DNA of 34,514 bases from Phycisphaerae bacterium (GTDB taxonomy: Bacteria; Planctomycetota; Phycisphaerae; UBA1845). Of this stretch, positions 17,287 to 26,500 are shown one piece after another. The position numbers and the translations under genes were made by a program. Numbering within the stretch: the stretch's first letter is position 1; every line of letters starts with the position of its first letter. The DNA lies in NCBI GenBank assembly GCA_041480905.1, contig JBGPAW010000001.1, positions 1 through 34,514 of the forward strand. Reading direction: 5' to 3'. Under the pieces are notes generated by a model. The model was not told the origin of the DNA. It was given only the letters and a program-made list of their open reading frames with translations, and did no database searches.

Positions 17287-18158
17287 AGCGTGGGTTCATG
17301 CTGCTGGAGGTGGTGGTGGCGGTCGGCATCCTGGCGGTGGGGATGGCCTTTATCGGCATGCAGATTCAATACGCCTCGCGTCATGCCCGCGAGTCCGAGC
17401 GTACGATGCGGACGTTGTTGCTGGCCGAGTCCAAGCTCACGGAGCTGGACGCGGGGCTGATCGTGCCCGAAGAGAAGCTCGAGGCGACGTTCGGCGCGGT
17501 GTTTCCGGATTACGGCTGGCGGTTGGAGATGAAGCCGACCGCGACGCCGGAGTTGAACCACCTCACCTTGGAAATCCTGTACCAGGCCCGCCAAGACGTC
17601 AACGAGGAATTCCGGTTCGACGAGGCCGAGGTCGTGCAACGCCTGTACACCTTGCGCGCGACGCCCCGTCCCCTCAACCTGGTGAATGACTTCGGCATGC
17701 CCGAGGAGCAGGCGGACAAGTTGACCGAGCAGTTGGCCGGCGTGGGTGACGGCGGTCTCGATCCGCGTAACTTGAATCCGGCGCTGTTCGCCCAGATGGA
17801 CCTGGAGCAGTTGCTGGAGGTAGCCCCGCCGCTCCTGGAAGCTTTCGGCATAAACATGGAAGAATTGATGCAGATGCTCCCCGAGGACCTGCGTCAGATG
17901 GTGGAGGACGCTCTGGCGGAGAGTCGGACCTCGACCACGACGGGCCCAGCAGAGGGCGGTGTGGGGGCGGGGGCGGGGAGCGGTTCGGGGAAGAGTCCTG
18001 GTGGGGGGGCCGGCCCAGGAGGCGGTCAGGGGTCGGTCAGGCGTCCCGGGGAGGGCACGGGTCGGCCGCCGGGTACGGTCACCGGTCAGAACCGGCGTCC
18101 GCCGCGAGGCCAGGGACGCGGCCCCAACCCGGGGGCAAGCTCGGCGTCGGATAAATAG
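17283..18158 (+). CDS. Minor pseudopilin, GspI-like, with a long C-terminal extension and a Gly/Pro/Arg-rich tail
   Basis: ATG 17283 overlaps the upstream stop (ATGA at 17283..17286). The product starts MKRG|FMLLEVVVAVGILAVGMAFIG. The GspI-like core is ~120 aa (...WRLEMKPTATPELNHLTLEILY). A ~170-aa acidic helical region plus the GAGAGSGSGKSPGGGAGPGGGQG...RRPPRGQGRGPNPG tail follows. The track ORF start at 17034 is an over-extension into the upstream gene. Confidence 0.7.
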   Translation: MKRGFMLLEVVVAVGILAVGMAFIGMQIQYASRHARESERTMRTLLLAESKLTELDAGLIVPEEKLEATFGAVFPDYGWRLEMKPTATPELNHLTLEILYQARQDVNEEFRFDEAEVVQRLYTLRATPRPLNLVNDFGMPEEQADKLTEQLAGVGDGGLDPRNLNPALFAQMDLEQLLEVAPPLLEAFGINMEELMQMLPEDLRQMVEDALAESRTSTTTGPAEGGVGAGAGSGSGKSPGGGAGPGGGQGSVRRPGEGTGRPPGTVTGQNRRPPRGQGRGPNPGASSASDK

Positions 18159-18160
18159 TC

Positions 18161-19018
18161 GTGGCACGGCGTGTGGACAAACCGGTTCGTGGTCGGGCGG
18201 GAGGGTTCACCTTGCTGGAGGTGGTGCTGGCGATGTCCATCTTCACCGTGGTGAGCGGGGTGATGTACTGGTTCTTCTGGAATTCGCTGAGCGTCACGGA
18301 ACAGGAGACGGCCCAGGCGCGCAACGTGCAACTCATCCGCGTGGTGCTGGACCGGCTGGCGCAGGAAATCCGGCAGGCCGACGGTTTCGTGCCCGGTTAC
18401 GGGGCGGGGATCATCGGATACAAGCACGCCATTTCGATCAACACCACGGTCCTACCGGACAAGAAACTGATGTACCCGCGTTCCATTAAGGACCAACAAC
18501 AAGTGGGTCAGTTCGACGTCGAGGAGGTCCGCTACTACATCGGGTGGGACGAGGAGAACCTGGACGCGGAGGGCAATCCGCGGGCGTTGGGGCTGGTGCG
18601 GCGGGAGCGGAAGACCTTGCTCCAGGAAGTGGTGATCCGGGGCGACGAGCAAGCGGACACCGGTAACCAGGAACAGGCCGTCGCGATCAAGGAAGAACTC
18701 TACGCCCCGGAGCTCAAGTACATCGAGTTCAAGTACTTTGACGGCGCCACCTGGTGGGATGACTGGGAGATCACGCAGGGCAACGCCTTGCCGCAGATCA
18801 TCCGGGTGACGGTGGGGTTTGAGCCGGTGCTGCCCAAGGATGAGGAAATGAAACTGATGGAGGACGACTTTTTGCGGGACGAGGCCGAGTTGGTGCCCCT
18901 GGCCCCGGACCGCTTCGCCATGTTCATCCGCGTGGTGCAGGCGGATACGTTTTTCGGCTCGCGTCTGACGCGCGAGTCCTCGGCGCTGATGAACTCGGGG
19001 GAGAACAAGGGGTTCTAA
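18161..19018 (+). CDS. Minor pseudopilin, GspJ-like
   Basis: GTG start 2 nt after the upstream stop. ...RGRAGG|FTLLEVVLAMSIFTVVSGVMYWFF is a prepilin motif. It is followed by ARNVQLIRVVLDRLAQEIRQA, typical of GspJ-type pseudopilins. 285 aa. Confidence 0.7.
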   Translation: MARRVDKPVRGRAGGFTLLEVVLAMSIFTVVSGVMYWFFWNSLSVTEQETAQARNVQLIRVVLDRLAQEIRQADGFVPGYGAGIIGYKHAISINTTVLPDKKLMYPRSIKDQQQVGQFDVEEVRYYIGWDEENLDAEGNPRALGLVRRERKTLLQEVVIRGDEQADTGNQEQAVAIKEELYAPELKYIEFKYFDGATWWDDWEITQGNALPQIIRVTVGFEPVLPKDEEMKLMEDDFLRDEAELVPLAPDRFAMFIRVVQADTFFGSRLTRESSALMNSGENKGF

Positions 19019-19037
19019 GAAACGTCGAAACGCCGAA

Positions 19038-19065
19038 AGCTGATAGCTGAGAGCTGATAGCTTAT
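19038..19065. repeat. Tandem heptad repeat AGCTGAT AGCTGAG AGCTGAT AGCTTAT, 20 nt after the gspJ-like stop
   Basis: Read directly from the sequence. On the minus strand it reads ...ATCAGCT CTCAGCT ATCAGCTTTCGGCG. That is the same CAGCT-heptad family as 16265..16292, in inverted orientation. The last unit overlaps ATG 19064. Confidence 0.85.
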
Positions 19066-20611
19066 GCAGGATCGCGGGTGCCAAGTTGGTTTCGTTGGTG
19101 GACGGCCGCAGAGGGACGGTGCCGGTAGGCGCGGACTGATCCTTCCGGTCGTGCTGCTGATCCTGGCGCTGCTCGCGCTGCTGGCGGCCAGCTTCGCCTT
19201 CCAGGTCAACGCGGATTCCGCCGCCACCCGGGCGCTGGTGGAGAGAATGCAGACCCGGCTGGCGGCGGAGGCGGGTTTCCAGTACGTAGCCTTGGTGCTG
19301 CGGGATCACCTCGAGGACGTGAACGCCTGGTACGATAACGAAGAGAAGTTTCGCGGCGTGGTGGTGTGGTCGGCCACCGGCGGGCTGTCCACCTTCGGCG
19401 CGGTGGAAAAGTCGGACACCCAGAGGAGCCAAGCTAAGGATAAAAACAGCGTCGCCCCGGCCTATCGCTTCAGCGTTGTCGCGGATGACCCCAACGACGA
19501 TCAGGTCAAAGTTCGCTATGGAATCACCGACGAGGCGTCCAAACTGAACATCAACACGGCCACGGCGGCCCAGTTGACCCGCCTGATCGCCCAGGTCGTC
19601 CCACCGGAGGTTCAGGTGGAGCCGCTGGTGGACGCTCTGCTGGACTGGCGCGACCCGGACGATACCGTGAGTTCCAACGGCGAGGGAGGCGGCGCGGAAA
19701 GCGACTACTACCGGTCCTTGAAGGTGCCGTATCGGTGCAAGAACGCCCCGTTCGACACGGTCGAGGAGCTGCTGATGGTCCGCGGGTTCACCGGGCAGAT
19801 TCTCTACGGGGAAGATGCGGACCGGAACGGGCTGCTGAGTCCCAACGAAGACGACGGGAATGTGACCTTCCCCCCCGACAACGCCGACGGAGCGCTCAAT
19901 CGGGGGCTTTATCCCTACATTACGGTTCACTCGCGGGAGTTCAACCGGGCCAACGACCGCAAGCCGCGCGTGGTGCTGGTGGGCGGCGGATCGAACACGC
20001 GCTTGGAGCTGGAACCCTTCTTCAGCGCGGAGGAGGCGGATTATCTGGTGGCACGGGCGGCGGCGACGGGGGAGTCCCGGCCAACGTCCCTCACCGCGTT
20101 CTTGGAGACGGCTTCGACCAACGGTCTGGTAAGCCCGTTTATGCTGGAGGATTTTCCGCGCATCGTGGACCGCTGCACGCTGGATCCTTCGCCGGAACTC
20201 CGCGGTCTGATCAACATCAATACCGCGCCGCCCGCCGTGCTGCGCTGTTTGGAGGGATTGACCGCTGAGGACGTCAACAACATCGTCCAGAAACGGGCGA
20301 CCTTGAGCGCCGAGACCAAACAGACCCCCGCCTGGCTGCTCACCCAAGGGGTGCTGGACCAGGAGAAATACGACGCGGTGGCGGAGGGGATCACCGCCCG
20401 CGGGCTACAGTTTACAGCCGAGGTGGTCGGATACGCCGATCACCTCGGGGTGCGGGCTCGCTTCCAGATTATTTTCGGAATGCGTGGCCCGGTGCCGCAA
20501 ATCCTGTACTATCGCGATCTGACCAACCTGGGAGTGCCTTATCCACTGACCCGCGAGGAAGAAGAAACAGGTGGTTATGCCCATGGGCTGGGTGGAAAGA
20601 CAACTGGTTAG
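19064..20611 (+). CDS. gspK: Type II secretion minor pseudopilin GspK-like
   Basis: 515-aa ORF with the hydrophobic N-terminus RRGLILPVVLLILALLALLAASFAF. GspK hallmarks are YGITDEASKLNINTATAAQLTRL, FDTVEELLMVRGFTGQILYG and GLININTAPPAVLRCLEGLTAEDVNNIVQKR. No clear SD precedes ATG 19064. Confidence 0.8.
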   Translation: MQDRGCQVGFVGGRPQRDGAGRRGLILPVVLLILALLALLAASFAFQVNADSAATRALVERMQTRLAAEAGFQYVALVLRDHLEDVNAWYDNEEKFRGVVVWSATGGLSTFGAVEKSDTQRSQAKDKNSVAPAYRFSVVADDPNDDQVKVRYGITDEASKLNINTATAAQLTRLIAQVVPPEVQVEPLVDALLDWRDPDDTVSSNGEGGGAESDYYRSLKVPYRCKNAPFDTVEELLMVRGFTGQILYGEDADRNGLLSPNEDDGNVTFPPDNADGALNRGLYPYITVHSREFNRANDRKPRVVLVGGGSNTRLELEPFFSAEEADYLVARAAATGESRPTSLTAFLETASTNGLVSPFMLEDFPRIVDRCTLDPSPELRGLININTAPPAVLRCLEGLTAEDVNNIVQKRATLSAETKQTPAWLLTQGVLDQEKYDAVAEGITARGLQFTAEVVGYADHLGVRARFQIIFGMRGPVPQILYYRDLTNLGVPYPLTREEEETGGYAHGLGGKTTG

Positions 20612-22157
20612 CATCGACTGGGATATCCGCAACCTGCGGGTGGTGTCCTTCACCGTGCGCGCCAAAGGGGACGTGCGGATCCGGAAGGTCTTTTCCGTGG
20701 CGATCCCTCCGGAGGTGAGCGTAGGCGATCCGGCGTCCTTCGGGCAACTCCTGGCGGAGGTGCTGCGGCGAGAGGAGATCGTGGCCAAGCGGATGGTGGT
20801 GGACGTGCCGCGGGATCAGGCGGTGCTCAATACCCTGCGGCTGCCGGTGGTTCCCGCGGACGACCTGGCGGCGATGGTGGAGTTTCAGATCGGCAAGGAG
20901 TTGCCGTTTCCGCTGGCGGCGGCGGTGACGGACTACGCGGTGCCGGACGAGCCGGACGAAGCGGGTACGCAAGAAGTGCTGGTCGCCGCCGTGCGGCACG
21001 AGGCCCTGGAGTATTACAAACAGACGGCCGAGGTGGCGGGCTTGAAGCTGGAGCGCATCGGTCTGCGTCCCTACGCCAACAAGGTGGCGGTAAATGAACT
21101 GCTCGGCGACACCCGGCACGAACGGGTCCTATTCGTGGACGTCGGCCCGGTCCTGAGCGAGATCGACGTGTTGCGGGACGGGAAGCTGGTCTTCTCGCGG
21201 GCGGCGTCGGTGCAGGTTCCCAGACCTCCCCCGAGTGCCGCGGCTCCGGCGACCGAAAAAAGCCCTTCGAGGCTCGACCTGGATCTCTGTCTCACGGGGG
21301 TCGTGGCGGAGGCGGTCCTGCCCGAACAAGACCGCGTGGTCTCGGCGCTGCTGCGCGAAGTGGCGTTGACGATCGAGGCCTATCGCGCCGGCGATCCGGG
21401 CGCGGACATGAACCACGTGGTGGTGGGGGGGGACACCGGGCTGGAAGAGGCTTTGTTGGGGGCCATCCGCCAGCGGTTCGAGATCACCGGGGAGCGCTAC
21501 AACCCGACGGCTTGCCTGGGTTGGGACGGCACCAGCGGGGCGGCGGCGGGCGGATTCGCCGCGGCCTTGGGTTTGGCGCTGGGTCACGCCGGGGCGGGAC
21601 GCCTGGACTTTGACTTCATGCACCCCAAGAAAGCGGTGCCGCGGAGCCGGCGCCGGCTGCGGAAGGCCCCTATCGCGGCGGCGGTCGTGCTGCTCTTCTG
21701 CGCGGCAGGAGCGGTGGCGTACGTCCGGGTGGTGGGCCCTAAGAAACAGCAAATCGCCAATCTGGAGAAACAAGTCGAGAAGGCCAACGCCCAGTTGAAA
21801 GAGTACAAGAAGTTCGGCGAGATGATGACCAAGGTGGAGGAATTCGAGCGGGAGCAGATTATCTGGCTCGACGAGTTGGCCGACTTCCTCTCCGTTTGGC
21901 CGGACACCGATCAGATCGTGCTGTCCTCGATTGATCTGTCGCAGAAGGAGGGGCTGATCCAACTCAAAGACATGTATTGCCAGGATGTCAACGTGGCGGA
22001 CGCCGCACGGGCGCGGTTGGATGCGTTCAGAAAATCCGACGACGGGCCTCTGCTCTATGACGCCACCTTGGGAGGCAATACGCCGCAGAAGGACGCGTAT
22101 TCGGTGAAGGCCTCGATGACCATCGAGGTGAAGAACCGCGGGGGTCGCGCGGATTAG
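20571..22157 (+). CDS. PilM-like (actin-fold) + PilN-like fusion; functional equivalent of GspL
   Basis: 528-aa ORF. The N-terminal part LVSIDWDIRNLRVVSFTVRAKGDVRIRK...VVDVPRDQAVLNTLRLPVVPADDLAAMVEFQIGKELPFP...FVDVGPVLSEIDV is PilM-like. A TM segment APIAAAVVLLFCAAGAVAYV, a coiled coil (QIANLEKQVEKANAQLKEYKK) and an alpha/beta domain then resemble PilN or the GspL periplasmic half. It overlaps the gspK-like 3' end by 29-41 nt. ATG 20583, behind AGGTGG, is the likely start. Confidence 0.7.
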   Translation: MVMPMGWVERQLVSIDWDIRNLRVVSFTVRAKGDVRIRKVFSVAIPPEVSVGDPASFGQLLAEVLRREEIVAKRMVVDVPRDQAVLNTLRLPVVPADDLAAMVEFQIGKELPFPLAAAVTDYAVPDEPDEAGTQEVLVAAVRHEALEYYKQTAEVAGLKLERIGLRPYANKVAVNELLGDTRHERVLFVDVGPVLSEIDVLRDGKLVFSRAASVQVPRPPPSAAAPATEKSPSRLDLDLCLTGVVAEAVLPEQDRVVSALLREVALTIEAYRAGDPGADMNHVVVGGDTGLEEALLGAIRQRFEITGERYNPTACLGWDGTSGAAAGGFAAALGLALGHAGAGRLDFDFMHPKKAVPRSRRRLRKAPIAAAVVLLFCAAGAVAYVRVVGPKKQQIANLEKQVEKANAQLKEYKKFGEMMTKVEEFEREQIIWLDELADFLSVWPDTDQIVLSSIDLSQKEGLIQLKDMYCQDVNVADAARARLDAFRKSDDGPLLYDATLGGNTPQKDAYSVKASMTIEVKNRGGRAD

Positions 22158-22181
22158 CGCCGCGGGGTCGGTGAATCGACC

Positions 22182-23501
22182 GTGATGAACCAACGTGAGA
22201 GAACTCTGCTGCTCGCGATCGTGGTGGCGGCCGGCGGGCTGCTCAGTTGGAAGGTGGTCATTCCCCGATGGCTGGCCCCCATGTTCGACTATGAGGCCAA
22301 AATCACCGAAAAGACAGAGGAGCTCAAGACAAAGATATCGGAGATTTCCGAACTGGACGATGCCCGGGAGAAGTATCGGGATTACGTTTATCGTACCGGA
22401 GGGACCGACGAGAAAGACGTGGGCGATCGGTTCCACGGCACCCTGAATGATTTGTTGAATCAGTGCCGGCTGGAGGACGTGCGGGTAACCCCCAAGAGCA
22501 GCGGCTCACCCAGCAAGACCGGCCTGATGACCCTGAACTACAACATCCGCGCGAGCGGTCCCTTGCAGCAAGCCGTGCTGTTCCTCAAGAGCTTTTATGA
22601 GCTGCCACACATCGCCCGGTTCAAGGACTTCAAGCTGACTCCCCAACAGGCACGCCGACGCGGCCAGCCGAGCGATGCGGTGGACCTGAGCGGTGACATC
22701 GAGGTGCTGGTGCCGCCCACCTTTTTCAGCCCGATCCGTGATCCGCTGGAACACCAACCCCCTCGGCTGGTCAAATACCACACCGACCACTTCGCTTCGA
22801 TATGGGAGAAACAACCGTTCACCCGGCCGCCGGTCGCGGTAGCCAAAGTGGAACCGCCCCCGACTCAGCCGCCCCCCCCGCCCCCCCCTCCGGGATGGAC
22901 GGGGGACCCTCTGCGTAATCAGAAGAAGATCGTGGGTTGTTGGGCGGCCAATCAGGAAGTGATGGTCACGAACACGGCCAGCAACCAGCGGGAGTACGTT
23001 CGGGTAGGGGGGCAGTTGGATGGCGGCAGGCTGCTCTTAGTGCATCCCTACGGCGTCATGGTGCGTAGAAAAGAGGGAAACGAGCGGCGAGAATACTTGT
23101 ATCCTCTGGGAGAGATGTTGTCCAGCGCGGTGGCTCTCGCGGAAGCGACCCGGGAACCGCAACTCCGCGCCGCAGCCCGCCATTATCTGACGGAGGAGAA
23201 ACCGAGCGTTGAGGGGGCGGAAAGCAACGGTGCCGTGGGGACGCCCGACCCAACCGCCGGAGCTTCCGGCGAACTGGCGGGGCCGCCCGAGAATCTGGCG
23301 GGGCCGCTGGTGCAAGCTACTCCAGTCCCCGCAGCCGAGGTATCGGTGTCGCAGGCGCCCCCGCCCACTACGTCTGTGGGGGAGATACCTCCGCCAGTGG
23401 GGCACCCCGAGCGGCGCCCGGGTTGGCCGACGACCGATCTGGCCGGTCCGCCGGTGGAGTTGGCCGGTCCGATCGTGGAGCCTAAGGGTGGAAAACCATG
23501 A
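22182..23501 (+). CDS. PilO/GspM-like membrane protein fused through a poly-proline linker to a PilP/GspC-HR-like beta domain, with a LAGP-repeat tail
   Basis: 439-aa ORF (GTG 22182 / ATG 22185). It has a TM segment LLLAIVVAAGGLLSW, a coiled coil, and a PilO-like core LMTLNYNIRASGPLQQAVLFLKSFYELPHIARFKDFKLTP. The linker is EPPPTQPPPPPPPPG. The segment IVGCWAANQEVMVTNTASNQREYVRVGGQLDGGRLLLVHPYGVMVRRKEG resembles the PilP/GspC HR domain. The tail carries four (E/N/D)LAGP motifs. Confidence 0.55.
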   Translation: MMNQRERTLLLAIVVAAGGLLSWKVVIPRWLAPMFDYEAKITEKTEELKTKISEISELDDAREKYRDYVYRTGGTDEKDVGDRFHGTLNDLLNQCRLEDVRVTPKSSGSPSKTGLMTLNYNIRASGPLQQAVLFLKSFYELPHIARFKDFKLTPQQARRRGQPSDAVDLSGDIEVLVPPTFFSPIRDPLEHQPPRLVKYHTDHFASIWEKQPFTRPPVAVAKVEPPPTQPPPPPPPPGWTGDPLRNQKKIVGCWAANQEVMVTNTASNQREYVRVGGQLDGGRLLLVHPYGVMVRRKEGNERREYLYPLGEMLSSAVALAEATREPQLRAAARHYLTEEKPSVEGAESNGAVGTPDPTAGASGELAGPPENLAGPLVQATPVPAAEVSVSQAPPPTTSVGEIPPPVGHPERRPGWPTTDLAGPPVELAGPIVEPKGGKP

Positions 23502-23562
23502 CGGCGAGAAGCACCGTCCAGGACGCGAGGCGAGGTCGCGCCCGTAATGAAGGAGACGACCC

Positions 23563-26500
23563 ATGCGTCAATTGCGTAGTAGCATCCGTCACGTCGTGAC
23601 CTGGGCGAGGTCGGCCCGTCGGCTGATCGGTCCGGTGGTCCTGAGTCTGGCGTTGGGTGCCGGGCTGCCGACCGGGAGAGCTGACGAACCGCCCGCGCCG
23701 GTCCGAAAGGGTGGCGAACCGGCCCGCGGGACGACCACGGAACCGGCCGGGGCGCGCCCGTCCCGACCGAAGCCGCCGAAGACTAGCGGTGTAGCCACGA
23801 AACCGAAGCCATCCCCGGTCACTCCGCCCGGCAAAACGCCGCCCCGACCGACCCCCGAGGGCGACAAGAATCCCCCACCGGAAGGTGCGGGATCGGCCGG
23901 CACCGGCCCGGAAGGCGAACCCCTGGAGAGCGGGATTGACGCCACCTATGAGCAGATGCTCAAACCGGCGGAGGAGCGGCGCTACTCGATCAGCATACAG
24001 GAGGGGAGCTACGCTGATTTGCTCGACGCCTTTTCGCGGATGTCCGGGCTGGCCATCCTGGGCGACACCCCGGCGGGGACGGTCACGTACGTCAGTACCG
24101 AGGAGATGGACTACACGGCGGCGCTGAGCCGCATGCGCAAAATTCTGTTCAACCATCCCGAGAAGTTCTACCTCTGGCGGGAGGGCAATACGCTGGAGGT
24201 GTTCCGGGTCACTGAAGCCCAGCGCAAGATGAAGCCCGATCGGATTCACACGAGCGTGCACGCTTTTCTGGCCGCCGAGCTGGATGAGATGGAAATCGTG
24301 CTGGTGCTGTATACGCCGGAGACCGGACGGGTGGCCGATTTGGAGTCCTTGCGGGACTTCATGCCCGACTACGTGCGGATCGCGCCCTATCGGGACAAGA
24401 ACGCGTTGACCATTCTGGCGCTGGCCCGGGACGTGAAGAAATACCTCGAACTGGTGGGGATCTTCGAAACCGCCGAAGGAGATCCGCGCCAGTTAAAGGC
24501 CCTGCCCATCCGCTACGTGTTGCCTTCCGAAGCCGTGGAGATGCTGTATCAGTTCATGCCGGCCCTGGCGGAGAGTGTTTCGGCCCCCAGCGCGCCGCCG
24601 CCGAAACCGCGCAAAGGGCAGCACCCCGCGGAAGCCAGCCTGGAGAGTGCCCGGGGTCACGGCATCGACCTGATTCCCTATGACGCGGTCCGCAAGCTGT
24701 TCGTCCGGGGCATGCCCGACAGGATCGCGGAGATCGAGAACTATCTGGAAATCATCGACGTCCAGCGCGGTCCCGGGGACAACCCGGTGATTGTGCCGCT
24801 GAAATACACGCGGGTGGAGCAGTTGCTCACCCTGCTGCGCCCCTTCTACACGGGAGAGCCCGCGGCGCAGGCGCCGCAGCCGCCCGCCGGCGGGAAAGGT
24901 AAGCGAGCGCCCGTGGTCAAGGCCGTGACCAACGAGTCAATCATCACCGATACCATCGAAATCTACGCCAACCCTGCGAACAACACCCTCATCGTCATGG
25001 CGGACGAGGAGCAACTGACCAAGCTGCGCATGTACGTGAGCCTGTTGGATATCCCTTCCCAGGACCAGACGGTCCGGGTGAAGTTGGAACACGCCGAACC
25101 CGAGGCGGTGGCGGCCTTGACGGTGGAAATCGCCCCGATCCTCGGTCCCAACACGGCGGTGGGACTGTTAGTGAAGGTGGATCCCGCCGGTGACGGAGTC
25201 CTGGTGATTGGTAACCCGCAGGGCGTCGAGTTGGCCAAGAGGATCATCGCCGACCTGGATCAGCCGGGGGAGGGTGGTCCGCCCGCCATTCACGCTTATC
25301 CGTGTGAGAACGCGAAGCCATCGGCCCTGATCGGGCTGTTGACGAACCTGGACCAGCAATCCGCAGGTGCGGCGCCCGCGGCACCACCGCAGCCGCCGGG
25401 CCCTGCCAAGAAAGGCCAACCACGGGCCGCCCGAAGACCGGTCCAAGGCGGCACGCGATACTACGGCGATGACGCCACCGGTTTGCTGTACGTGATCTGC
25501 ACGGACAGCGAATGGGAAGAAAGCTACCTGCCCCTGCTCAAGAAGCTCGATCAACAGGCGCAGACGGACCTCAAGGTGGTGGTGGTTCCCGTGGCCCACG
25601 GCGATCCGCAAAAAATCATCGAGTCTTTGGTGCAAGCCCTGAGCGGAGGGCAAAGAGGCGCCGCCATCCCTCCGCCGACCATGCTGCCGCATCCCGAGGG
25701 CGTCATGGTGGTCGGGGCTTCAGCGGCCGTGGTCGAACAGATTCGGAAGCTGGTGGCGGAGCTGGACGTCGACCCGGGGATCGAGCGACGGACCTTCACG
25801 CTGCAATATGCCGACCCCGCCGAGGTCAAAACGGTGCTCGACGCACTGGTCGTGCAGGGTGCCGGCCCCAGAATCACACCCAGGCGTGGAGGCAAGGGTC
25901 AACCGGCCCCTCCTCCGGCGCCCGGAGCCCCGAGCGTCCAGATCGTCCAGTCCGGACGGAATCTTCTGATCGTGGTAGCACCCGCGCAGGAGATGGCGGA
26001 GATCGCCGCGTTGATCACCGAGTTGGACGTCGATCCCCTGAATCTGCGCGTGAAAGTCTACGACTTCCCCGTGGGCAGCAACGTTCTGGAGATCGCCCAG
26101 ACCCTGTCCTCGTTCTATCCCGGCAGCGCGGCGGTGCCGGTAGCCGAAGCGACGGAGAAAGGCAAACCGCGTCCCCGGCAAATGACCGCGCCGGGCGACA
26201 TCCGCTTCATTCCCCAGCCCTCGGCGCACAAGATCCTGGTTTCCGCCCCGGCCGACATGTACCCCGACATCGAGGAAAAGATCGCGTTGCTCCGGCCGGA
26301 GGCGGGCATAGCCGGTCCCATGGTCGAGTTCTTTGAGGTGGCCCATCTCGACCCGCAAACGTTGACGGGGGTACTCGAACCGCTGCTGGAGACCAAGTAC
26401 CAGGAACTGGTGGACACGGGGGTGATCCCGGAGAAGCCCCCTGGAAAGGGCCCGGCCGCCAAACCCGTTTCCGTCACGCCCGATCCGCGCGGGGACCGCG

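Noticed and set aside
22872-22888. The C8-G-C8 tract, considered as a phase-variation switch in its own right.
   Set aside because: - It is kept only as a note within the GspM-like finding.
- Proline codons in a GC-rich genome generate such runs naturally.
- There is no evidence of length variation from a single sequence.
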